Below, piece by piece: positions 48,776 through 56,794 of a DNA stretch of 64,000 nt. Position 1 is the stretch's first letter. Each line of letters starts with the position of its first letter. A program made the position numbers and the translations under genes. Source of the stretch: Eubacteriales bacterium (GTDB lineage: Bacteria > Bacillota > Clostridia > Oscillospirales > CAG-272); NCBI GenBank assembly GCA_045614425.1, contig JAZLCX010000143.1, forward strand, positions 24,509-88,508. Direction: 5' to 3'. Under the pieces are notes generated by a model. It was not told the DNA's origin. It ran no database searches and was given only the letters and a program-made list of their open reading frames with translations.

Positions 48776-50008
48776 TTAAAGAACTATATGCTTCGGCAAA
48801 CCGTTTTCGTACTCGACGTCAACCTCACCGATAATCAAGGGAGCGAGATAATCAAGACCCTTTTCGGTGATTCCGTTACCCGCTTCGTTAATGTAATCCT
48901 GCGGAACGCCGCGAACCTCGTTCGCAATAGTTGAAATATCGGCACAGTCTATGTAAGAAGAATAGGTCTCGCCGGGCTTACGGTTAATAGTCATCATAAT
49001 TCCGGTTCTTCCCGAAACCGCTGCGGCAACACCGCCTTCGCCTACCGCGAGAGACTCGTCAATGTCGGTTTTAGAAAGAATATGGCCGGCACATCTCTGT
49101 GTAAGGCTGAGCTCCATGGAACGAACCTTGCATCCAAGCTTTTCCTTTACAAGCTCCTCAAGCACCTTACCTGCACCGGAAAGGCTCTTATGGCCAAATG
49201 CATCGGTTGCACCCTTGCCCTCACCGATATACTTTCCGTCGGCAAGTCTTATACCCTCTGAAACCGCAACGAGTACTGCGGGATGGTCCTCAAATATTTT
49301 TTCGATAGATGCGATGAATTCATCGGGGTCGAACGCGCGCTCGGGAAGATATATGAGGTCAACGCCAATTCCACCAGATACCTTCGTAAGTGCGGCAGAC
49401 GCGGTAAGCCAACCTGCATCGCGTCCCATTATCTCAACGATAGTGACCGCCTTCATCTTGTAAACAGAAACGTCGCGAAGCACCTCTTTCATGGTAGTAG
49501 CCACAAATTTCGCGGCAGAACCGAATCCGGGAGTGTGGTCGGTAGCAACGAGGTCGTTATCGATTGTCTTAGGAAGACCTACTACGCGAATCTCATAATC
49601 GTGATTTTTTGCGTACTGTGAAAGCTTCATAACGGTATCCATAGAATCGTTACCGCCGATGTAGAAGAAGTATCTTATATCGTACTTTTTGAATATCTCA
49701 AGAAGCTTTGCATAGGTGGGCTCGTCAACCTCGTAGCTTTTGAGCTTTCTGCGGCAAGAGCCGAGTGCTGCTGCGGGAGTTGTGGAAAGAGTCTTTATCT
49801 TGCTCTCATCCGAAAAAATTTCGGTAAGGTCGATGAGGTCCTCGTTAAGAAATCCCTCAACACCGTTTCTCATACCGTACAAGGTTTTAATAACGCCGTC
49901 TTTCTTAGCTTTAAGCGCGCCCTTGATAACACCGGCAAGGGTTGCATTGATAGCTGCAGTGGGGCCGCCGGACTGACCGACTACTGCATTTCCACATAAA
50001 ATAGCCAT
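48776..50008 (-). CDS. pfp: Pyrophosphate-dependent 6-phosphofructokinase (PfkA family)
   Basis: GQSGGPTAAINA. GGNDS replaces GGDGS, and PKTIDND has Lys where ATP-PFKs have Gly; this Asp/Lys pair is the established PPi-specificity signature. ATG 50008 follows AGGAG. Confidence 0.9.
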   Translation of the reverse strand: MAILCGNAVVGQSGGPTAAINATLAGVIKGALKAKKDGVIKTLYGMRNGVEGFLNEDLIDLTEIFSDESKIKTLSTTPAAALGSCRRKLKSYEVDEPTYAKLLEIFKKYDIRYFFYIGGNDSMDTVMKLSQYAKNHDYEIRVVGLPKTIDNDLVATDHTPGFGSAAKFVATTMKEVLRDVSVYKMKAVTIVEIMGRDAGWLTASAALTKVSGGIGVDLIYLPERAFDPDEFIASIEKIFEDHPAVLVAVSEGIRLADGKYIGEGKGATDAFGHKSLSGAGKVLEELVKEKLGCKVRSMELSLTQRCAGHILSKTDIDESLAVGEGGVAAAVSGRTGIMMTINRKPGETYSSYIDCADISTIANEVRGVPQDYINEAGNGITEKGLDYLAPLIIGEVDVEYENGLPKHIVL

Positions 50009-50056
50009 TGAAATTCTCCTGTATTTTTGTATTTCCACCCTATTATATCACAGCTG

Positions 50057-50593
50057 TTATGGTTTTTCAATCCTTGTCTGACAAAATTTATCAAGTTTAC
50101 TTAAATTTAGGTGAGCGAGGGCGGTTTTAACGTATGCCTCCCTCTCAAACCCGTAGTCGAGAAAATATGCGTGCTCACACAGGTCAATTACAAAAACCGG
50201 ATTTTTGAGCCTTAAAATAAGCCGTCCGTCTCCGATGCAAACTCCAACTCCGGCGCCAGAAGAAGAAATAAATAAAAAATCTCCACGCGCCGCCTTTACG
50301 TATTCGGAAACCTCGTAAAAGAATGATGCCTCGCTCCTGAATTGCGACTTTATAAGAGAAGAGCTGCCGTACCCCTTTCCAAAGGACTCAAAAAAAATGT
50401 CGTGGCACAGAATATTACATTTGAGAGTTAGAATTTCGTCCTTATCCCTGAGCCTCATTCCCGAAATTTCGCGCATATCCTTCCCCACTATCTTAGGTAT
50501 GCTTTTTTCCAAAATAGAATATTTAAGACGTTCTTGCCGCAGATATTCCTTATGTAATTCATTAGCTCTGTCAGAAAGAAAATTAATATTCAT
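50057..50593 (-). CDS. Divergent Fe/Mn superoxide dismutase-fold protein
   Basis: PVFVIDLCEHAYFLDYGFEREAYV aligns to the SOD DxWEHAYY signature, and LCHDIFF to the NHxxFW block. ATG 50593 (MNINFL) follows GGGGGG. Confidence 0.65.
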   Translation of the reverse strand: MNINFLSDRANELHKEYLRQERLKYSILEKSIPKIVGKDMREISGMRLRDKDEILTLKCNILCHDIFFESFGKGYGSSSLIKSQFRSEASFFYEVSEYVKAARGDFLFISSSGAGVGVCIGDGRLILRLKNPVFVIDLCEHAYFLDYGFEREAYVKTALAHLNLSKLDKFCQTRIEKP

Positions 50594-50656
50594 CGCTATA
50601 CCCCCCAAAAATAAAAAATCCTCTCCCACATATTATGCAGAAGAGGAATTTTTGCT

Positions 50657-51556
50657 TTATTTTGTTTTTCCGAGCAGTTCACTCTCGGAGAATGTATATT
50701 CGCTGTTACAGAATCGGCATACAGCGGTAAGCTCGCGAGGCTTTCCCTCAGCCTCCTGCTCGGAGAGCATATTTTCTATCTCCCCCTTGCCGAGAGAAAT
50801 GATCTTCTCTTTCATTCGGCCGCGTGAACAATCACACTTGTAGGAGACCGTAAGGGTATCAAATATATCGTATGGTATATCTCGCATAGCTATATCCGCT
50901 ATTGCGGTATTATCAGCACCGTTCTCTATGAGTCTTGATATATTGGAAAGGTCTATGGCATTGCGCTCTATGAGGTCAACCGTTGCATCATCCGGAAAAG
51001 GCATAACCTGAACCAAAACTCCGCCTGCAGCACGGCAGGAATAATCCTTATCCACAAGAACACCGAGCGAAAGGAGAGTCGGTATCTGCTCGCTTACTGC
51101 AAAATAAGAGGCAATATCCTCGGCAATTTCACCCGTGACTATTTCGGTTGTTCCGATCTGGGGCTCTTTTCCTCCCACGTCCTTCACTACCGAAAACGTA
51201 CCGCGTCCGACTGCTGCTCCGACATCAAGCTTTCCGTTTGGCTTTTTGGGAGGATTTGCAAGGGGATTCTGAATATATCCCTTAACGTTTCCGAAGTAAT
51301 CGGCAACCGCGATTATTTTACCTGCCTCGCCGTCACCGGAAAAACTCATTGTAAGAGTATCTCCCTTTTCGGGAAGCATTGTACCAACCATGGAAGCGGC
51401 GGTTATTGTTCTTCCGAGTGCTGCAGTGGCGGTCGGCGAGGTTTTGTGTGCTTTTATCATACCGTTTACCATTTCGGTTGAGTTAATTACAAGTATTCTT
51501 GCCGAGCCGTCGCGCGTCATACCGCGCAGTATTGTAGATTTTATTTCCTTTTGCAC
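50657..51556 (-). CDS. hslO: Redox-regulated chaperone Hsp33
   Basis: C-terminal zinc centre YKCDCS...CRFCNSEY. GTG 51556 lies 8 nt after AAGGAG and clears the methyltransferase stop; the track start is 51577. Confidence 0.9.
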   Translation of the reverse strand: MQKEIKSTILRGMTRDGSARILVINSTEMVNGMIKAHKTSPTATAALGRTITAASMVGTMLPEKGDTLTMSFSGDGEAGKIIAVADYFGNVKGYIQNPLANPPKKPNGKLDVGAAVGRGTFSVVKDVGGKEPQIGTTEIVTGEIAEDIASYFAVSEQIPTLLSLGVLVDKDYSCRAAGGVLVQVMPFPDDATVDLIERNAIDLSNISRLIENGADNTAIADIAMRDIPYDIFDTLTVSYKCDCSRGRMKEKIISLGKGEIENMLSEQEAEGKPRELTAVCRFCNSEYTFSESELLGKTK

Positions 51557-51561
51557 CTTGT

Positions 51562-52323
51562 TTACTCCTTTATGCATCTTGCGGCGATGTAAATTCTGTC
51601 GTCGCAGTCATCTCCTGTTTCAAAATCAAAATCTTTGTATGCACCGATGAACTCAAATCCGCATTCTCGAAGATGTTTTTTTATACTTCGCAGCGTGTAC
51701 ATTCTCTCGCGCTGAACATCATCGTATCTTTCGTATCTGCCGTCTTTTCCTTCTTCAAAAACCGTTATATAGAAGTCGCACATTTTGCTCTTTTTATTGT
51801 AATAATTTTGCCAGATGCAAACCTTGTTTTCATCCTCAAAAACGTAGCTGTTATCCGAATATACGGTTTCAAATTTATGTTTTCCGTTTACGTCAAATAT
51901 AAAAAGTCCGTTCGGCACAAGATAATTATGTACGAGCTTAAAGCAATCGGTCAATTTCCCCGTGTCCCAAATGTGATTTATGCAGTCAAGGCAGGAAACT
52001 GTAACGTCAACCGTACCGTAAAGCTCAAACTCCGACATATCCTGGCAGAGCCACAGCATTTTTTCGCCGAAGCCTTGCTTTTCCGCGCTGAGTTTAGCAA
52101 TATCAAGCATTTCAGGAGATGAATCGACTCCCGTCATATCATAACCGCGTCGGGCAAGCTCACATGTCATTCTTCCGGTTCCGCATCCAAGGTCAAGCAC
52201 AAGCTCCGGAGTACCCGCCAAATATTCACGCTTTATGATTTTCTCAATAAAATCCGCCCATACGGAATAATCTATATCACGATTGACCGCATCGTAAAAG
52301 GGGGCTAACAGATCGTAAATCAT
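51562..52323 (-). CDS. Class I SAM-dependent methyltransferase, substrate unknown
   Basis: 253 aa with SAM-binding motif I, VLDLGCGTGR. Confidence 0.85.
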   Translation of the reverse strand: MIYDLLAPFYDAVNRDIDYSVWADFIEKIIKREYLAGTPELVLDLGCGTGRMTCELARRGYDMTGVDSSPEMLDIAKLSAEKQGFGEKMLWLCQDMSEFELYGTVDVTVSCLDCINHIWDTGKLTDCFKLVHNYLVPNGLFIFDVNGKHKFETVYSDNSYVFEDENKVCIWQNYYNKKSKMCDFYITVFEEGKDGRYERYDDVQRERMYTLRSIKKHLRECGFEFIGAYKDFDFETGDDCDDRIYIAARCIKE

Positions 52324-52519
52324 ACCATATCACCTTCTTCGGCAGGAATATATGCAGCCGATTAGAGTATCTTCGTAGATTATAATTTATGTGTAGTTGA
52401 TTTTTTAAAAAAGAAAATCAACCGTGCTACCTTCGGTATCACCACGAAAATCGGGGATTTTCGCACATTCCTTGAAATATAGTCGTTCGCACTTGCTGGC
52501 AAGCCGACAGATGCGAACT
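52324..52519 (-). promoter_or_regulatory. Long structured 5' leader of the methyltransferase-hslO operon (candidate attenuator or riboswitch)
   Basis: No SD-preceded ORF is present. It contains several helices, a duplicated GATTTTC competing for one GAAAATC, and a U6 tract at 52412-52407 (minus strand). Confidence 0.35.
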
Positions 52520-52525
52520 TCGTAT

Positions 52526-52554
52526 ATTATAGCATAAAGCCGGAAGAATGTCAA
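52526..52554 (-). promoter_or_regulatory. Consensus sigma-A promoter (minus strand)
   Basis: TTGACA (complement of 52549-52554), 17 nt, TATAAT (complement of 52526-52531). Confidence 0.6.
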
Positions 52555-52605
52555 TCGTGCGTTACCATATAAATATAATTATTTTATAAAAACGTGTTTT
52601 TACTA

Positions 52606-52634
52606 TTGACAAAGGAAAAAAAGTGTGATAGAAT
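52606..52634 (+). promoter_or_regulatory. Sigma-A promoter of rpsF-ssb-rpsR
   Basis: TTGACA (52606-52611), 17 nt, TAGAAT (52629-52634), with a T-rich upstream stretch. Confidence 0.6.
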
Positions 52635-52640
52635 ACTATA

Positions 52641-52711
52641 TCGGTTCGGGTATTACCCGACGCCCCTTGCCGTCAGAGGACGGCCTAAAGACCATAAGGA
52701 GGTGTATCAAG
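52641..52711 (+). promoter_or_regulatory. rpsF 5' leader, possible S6:S18 autoregulatory element
   Basis: Hairpins TCGGG-TATTA-CCCGA and GCCGTC-AGAG-GACGGC contain a CCG element. A conserved S6:S18-binding leader is described upstream of rpsF in many bacteria. I could not verify the match. Confidence 0.35.
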
Positions 52712-53086
52712 ATGGAAAAGAAGATTTGTTCTTACGAAACTCTCTTCGCTGTAAGCGGCAATCTCGCAGAAGACGATTGCAAGGCTCTCGTTGAGAAGTT
52801 TGTAAATCTTGTTAAGGAAAACGCATGTGACGTTGACGTTAACGAGTGGGGCAAGCGCAGATTCGCATATCCTATCAACTACGTTACCGAAGGATACTAC
52901 GTTCTCGTTTCCTACAAGAGCAATCCGGACTTCCCTCAGGAGCTCGAGCGTCAGTTCGGCATCACTGAAGGCGTTCTTCGTTATATGACTACAACGAAGT
53001 GCGAGAAGTCTGCTCCCAAGGCTGAGCCCGCTGTAAGCGAGTCTGCTGAGGAAACCGTCGAGGTTGCAGAAGCAGCTGAGGCATAA
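52712..53086 (+). CDS. rpsF: 30S ribosomal protein S6
   Basis: ATG 52712 follows AAGGAGG, giving MEKKICSYETLFAV. Acidic C-terminal tail. The track start at 52625 lies in the promoter. Confidence 0.95.
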   Translation: MEKKICSYETLFAVSGNLAEDDCKALVEKFVNLVKENACDVDVNEWGKRRFAYPINYVTEGYYVLVSYKSNPDFPQELERQFGITEGVLRYMTTTKCEKSAPKAEPAVSESAEETVEVAEAAEA

Positions 53087-53111
53087 TTAAAATTTAAAAA
53101 AAGGCGGAATT

Positions 53112-53579
53112 ATGGCAAGTTTCAACAAAGTTATACTCATCGGAAATATGACAGCCGCCCCCGAACTCAAGCAGACCGCCGGCGGCGTTTCTGTTTGCAG
53201 CTTTTCGATAGCGGTCAACCGTCGTTTTGCGAGAGCCGACCAGGGACAGCAGAACGTTGACTTCATCAACATCGTGACCTGGCGTCAGCAGGCTGAATTT
53301 GTCAGCCGCTATTTCAAAAAGGGCAACCCTATCCTTATATGCGGCCAGCTCCAGACAAGAAGCTGGAACGATACTCAGGGTCAGAAAAGGTATACAACCG
53401 AGGTAGTTGCGGACGAGGTTTCCTTCGTTGCATCTGCTGCACAGACCGCGGCACAGGGCTCATCCTCTGCTCCCGCAGGTACAGGCTATACCCCCGACGC
53501 TTACGGTGCGCCCACGTTTAACAGCGCTCCCGGCGCTGCTTTTGAAGAAATTCCCAATGACGGAGATCTTCCCTTCTAA
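53112..53579 (+). CDS. ssb: Single-stranded DNA-binding protein
   Basis: 155 aa. OB fold beginning MASFNKVILIGN, a Gly/Ala/Pro-rich linker, and the C-terminal DGDLPF. Confidence 0.96.
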   Translation: MASFNKVILIGNMTAAPELKQTAGGVSVCSFSIAVNRRFARADQGQQNVDFINIVTWRQQAEFVSRYFKKGNPILICGQLQTRSWNDTQGQKRYTTEVVADEVSFVASAAQTAAQGSSSAPAGTGYTPDAYGAPTFNSAPGAAFEEIPNDGDLPF

Positions 53580-53663
53580 TAGGGCTTCGTCCTCCCCCGT
53601 TTGACTCACAACGGTAAGGAGCAATACAGAAACGTGAGTCGGAAAGGTTTATGGACTATTCAA

Positions 53664-53915
53664 ATGGATAGAAACGATACTCAGCGTCCCTCCTTCCGTC
53701 CTATGCACAGAAGAAAGAAGGTTTGTATCTTCTGTCAGGACAAGGTAGCAGACATTGATTACAAGGATACCGCGAAGCTCAGAAAGTTCATTTCCGAGAG
53801 AGCAAAGATCCTTCCGAGACGTGTTTCCGGCACTTGCGCTCTTCACCAGAGACAGCTCACAGTAGCTATCAAGAGAGCTCGCCAGATGGCACTTCTTCCC
53901 TACATTTCTAACTAA
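53664..53915 (+). CDS. rpsR: 30S ribosomal protein S18
   Basis: KKVCIFC...DYKD...LPRR.TG...QR.L..AIKRAR.MALLPY. ATG 53664 gives 83 aa; the track start is 63 nt upstream. Confidence 0.95.
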   Translation: MDRNDTQRPSFRPMHRRKKVCIFCQDKVADIDYKDTAKLRKFISERAKILPRRVSGTCALHQRQLTVAIKRARQMALLPYISN

Positions 53916-53932
53916 AAGATTAAAAAACATTA

Positions 53933-53966
53933 AAGCACTCTGCCCAATAGGCAGAGTGCTTTTTTC
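53933..53966 (+). terminator. Intrinsic terminator after rpsR
   Basis: GCACTCTGCC-CAATA-GGCAGAGTGC followed by TTTTTT. Confidence 0.8.
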
Positions 53967-53978
53967 ACCCATTTAGGT

Positions 53979-54007
53979 TGACATTGCAAGGCTGATATGC
54001 TATACTT
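53979..54007 (+). promoter_or_regulatory. Sigma-A promoter of the LRR lipoprotein gene
   Basis: TTGACA (53979-53984), 17 nt, TATACT (54002-54007). Confidence 0.55.
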
Positions 54008-54148
54008 TAATTGTCAGTTGTAAATCAATTACTGCAGGACCTAGGTAGGACATATAAGTGCCGAAAGCTTTGAAAAATAAGGATTCAGTGCGTGTTTGGA
54101 TTATTCACTCTTACCTACATATAAATCACATGAATTGAGGAATAAACA

Positions 54149-56656
54149 ATGAGAAAAAAATTTCTGCTTTTTCTTTCACTGATTTTTACTTGTGCGATTG
54201 CTCTGGGACTTGTCTCATGTGACGACGGAAACGGCGGAGATAATCACAACCACGAATTAACTCATATTTCAGAGACTTCCCCAAGTTGCACCGAGAATGG
54301 CACTGTCGAGCATTGGTTATGCAACGCGTGTGGCAAAATCTTTTCCGACGAGCTTGCCGCAAACGAGATAACGAACACGGTTTTGCCGGCACATCATACG
54401 CTTGTTTTTAACCCCCAAATTACCCCCACCTGTACAGAAGACGGATTCAAGTCATACTGGAAATGCTCAGCATGCTCAACGAAATTCTCCGATGAGTCTG
54501 CCGGTAAGATAGCATATAATGTTTGGATTCCCGCCACGCACAGCTTTGTTGACGGTACTTGCGAGTCCTGTCAAGCGAACGGAACGCCGGAGCTTATATA
54601 TGAATTATGCGGTGACACATATACGGTTACCGGTGTAAGCAACCGTAACCTTCTCGAAATAATTATACCTGCAACTCACAATGAGAAGCCTGTGGTCGCT
54701 ATTGCCGGCGGAGCTTTCGATAACTGCAAAAGTCTTAGAAGCATAGAAATCGGCGAAAATATTACAGAGCTTGCCGAGAGCTTCCTCGATGGATGCGATA
54801 AGCTTGTGGAAATCGTCAACCGAACCGAAATGAGTAGTATTTCAACGACTCTTCCGAATAGCGTCGAATGGTCTAGTAACGAAGAGTCAGGACTTGAAAT
54901 TTCCGATGGCTACTTATTCTACGTTGAAAGCGATAACAAAAGTTACCTTATTGATTATCTCGGCAGCGACAGCGATCTCGTGCTACCCGAAAATTTCGTT
55001 ATTGAAGAAAAATACAGGATACTGCTTCCCGTGATGCTTTTAGCAGAGGATTTTGAGCAATCCATTCTTATTCCTTTATTAGAGCGTTTTGCTCTTGCAA
55101 TGGAGGAGTATTGCTCCGAAAAATATTCGGACGTTAACTTCAGCTTCTTTGATAACCCGAGCTACGCCGCATACGAATACGAATGTATTTCCTATACCGA
55201 AGCGAGAAAATACTTGTCTGATATGAAGGCTGTATATCAGAGTGCATTTAAGATAACCTCTCCCGAATATAAGCAGCTCAACGCTTTCAGTACAGATATA
55301 AACAGGATAATGGCGGCGTATTCCGCTAAGATTCCTGCAAAGTATATAAACGCGAGCAACAATGATGCTCTTGAAGCTATGTACAAGGAATATCCCATAA
55401 CCAAGAGCGGCAAGGCTATCTACGTTTATGCAGGAAGTGAGACATCGGCTGTCAAACGCGCAGTTGAAAGCATCATAAAGGAGGCTTGCCCCAACTATTC
55501 GTTCTCCTTTATGTACGAGCAGGAAAAGGCCTGCGGTTTCGACAGATTCTCCAATGATTATTATAGCGGTTACACTGTTATAGGCAAGGCTTTTTACGGT
55601 CGTGATGATATAACGAGCGTCACGGTTATAGACGGTGCCAAGCATATTGGATTTATGGCTTTCGCATATTGCAAAAACCTTAAAAGTGTTGCAATAAACT
55701 GCGGTACTATAGATATCGGAGCATTTGCGGCCTGTGAAAATCTCGAAAGTGTAACGTTGAATATAGCACTCACCGCCGACACAATATCTCCGGATTCATT
55801 CATTGATTGTAAAAAGCTTAAAACTTTAACCATAGGCAAAGACGTTGAAGAAATCGATCCTTATAGGAGTACTTATTACCTCACGATTGAGAATATTGAG
55901 GTGGATTCCGGCAACCAAAACTACTTGTCTATAGACGGAAATCTCTATAGTTCTGATGCCAAAACGATTATTCGCTACGCTCCCGGAAAAGCTAACGAAA
56001 GCTTTACTCTTCCAAGCACGGTCGAAACTGTTGGTAAGTATGCATTCTATAATTGCATAAGCCTCACGAGCATTGTGATCCCCGACAGTGTTGAAGCATT
56101 GGAAAGATTTGCATTTTTGGATTGCACAGAGCTTAAATCAATATTTATCCCCGCAAGCGTAAAAGTTATTAAAAGCGGTGCTTTTGCCGGATGCGAAAAT
56201 GTAACGATTACAGTCGATTCCGAAAACGCAGTATATCACACAGACGGAAATTGCCTAATCATCACCGACAAAAAAATGTTGATTTTCGGAAATAAAAACA
56301 GTGTTATTCCAAACGACGGAAGCGTTACCGTTATTGTATCTTACGCATTTGCCCATTCCGAACTGTTAACCGAAATAACCATTCCCGGATCCGTCAAGTT
56401 TATTATGTACAGTGCATTCTATGATTCTGTAAATTTGATAAACATAAAGTTTGACCTTGAATATCCGTTTTATTTGGTAGAGTTGATTTACGAGATAGTA
56501 GATGGAGACTATGTGGAATCGTACAGAGCCGGCCATGCATTTAATAATGTTTATATGCTGGATTTATTGGATCTAAACAGTCTGTGCCGTGATTTTGATA
56601 ACATAAATTCATATATGCAAATGGCTAGGGATTGGTATATGCAAAATAAAACATAG
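54149..56656 (+). CDS. Large surface lipoprotein with Cys-rich N-terminal repeats and BspA-type leucine-rich repeats
   Basis: 835 aa. Signal peptide with lipobox LVSC. Repeats of PSCTENG..W.C..C...FSDE. LRR_5-like units such as IPDSVEALERFAFLDCTELKSIFIPASV. Confidence 0.8.
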   Translation: MRKKFLLFLSLIFTCAIALGLVSCDDGNGGDNHNHELTHISETSPSCTENGTVEHWLCNACGKIFSDELAANEITNTVLPAHHTLVFNPQITPTCTEDGFKSYWKCSACSTKFSDESAGKIAYNVWIPATHSFVDGTCESCQANGTPELIYELCGDTYTVTGVSNRNLLEIIIPATHNEKPVVAIAGGAFDNCKSLRSIEIGENITELAESFLDGCDKLVEIVNRTEMSSISTTLPNSVEWSSNEESGLEISDGYLFYVESDNKSYLIDYLGSDSDLVLPENFVIEEKYRILLPVMLLAEDFEQSILIPLLERFALAMEEYCSEKYSDVNFSFFDNPSYAAYEYECISYTEARKYLSDMKAVYQSAFKITSPEYKQLNAFSTDINRIMAAYSAKIPAKYINASNNDALEAMYKEYPITKSGKAIYVYAGSETSAVKRAVESIIKEACPNYSFSFMYEQEKACGFDRFSNDYYSGYTVIGKAFYGRDDITSVTVIDGAKHIGFMAFAYCKNLKSVAINCGTIDIGAFAACENLESVTLNIALTADTISPDSFIDCKKLKTLTIGKDVEEIDPYRSTYYLTIENIEVDSGNQNYLSIDGNLYSSDAKTIIRYAPGKANESFTLPSTVETVGKYAFYNCISLTSIVIPDSVEALERFAFLDCTELKSIFIPASVKVIKSGAFAGCENVTITVDSENAVYHTDGNCLIITDKKMLIFGNKNSVIPNDGSVTVIVSYAFAHSELLTEITIPGSVKFIMYSAFYDSVNLINIKFDLEYPFYLVELIYEIVDGDYVESYRAGHAFNNVYMLDLLDLNSLCRDFDNINSYMQMARDWYMQNKT

Positions 56657-56751
56657 AGTACTTACCGGTGAAAACGACAAAGTGTTATAGCGCCGTGTCG
56701 GTGTAGCAAAAATACTTGTCGTTATGAGAAAAATTATTGGTACTACAATTT

Positions 56752-56788
56752 AAGGCGCTGAATCGCAAGGATTCGGCGCCTTTTTTTA
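56752..56788. terminator. Terminator between the LRR gene and the dGTPase-like gene
   Basis: GGCGCTGAATC-GCAAG-GATTCGGCGCC followed by TTTTTTT on the plus strand. Confidence 0.75.
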
Positions 56789-56794
56789 TTATAA

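Noticed and set aside
52424-52446. GGTGATACCG in the methyltransferase leader resembles the T-box core GGTGGTACCG.
   Set aside because: There is no Stem I of adequate length, no specifier loop or K-turn (AGAGA/GA) motifs, and the downstream gene is not an aminoacyl-tRNA-related gene.
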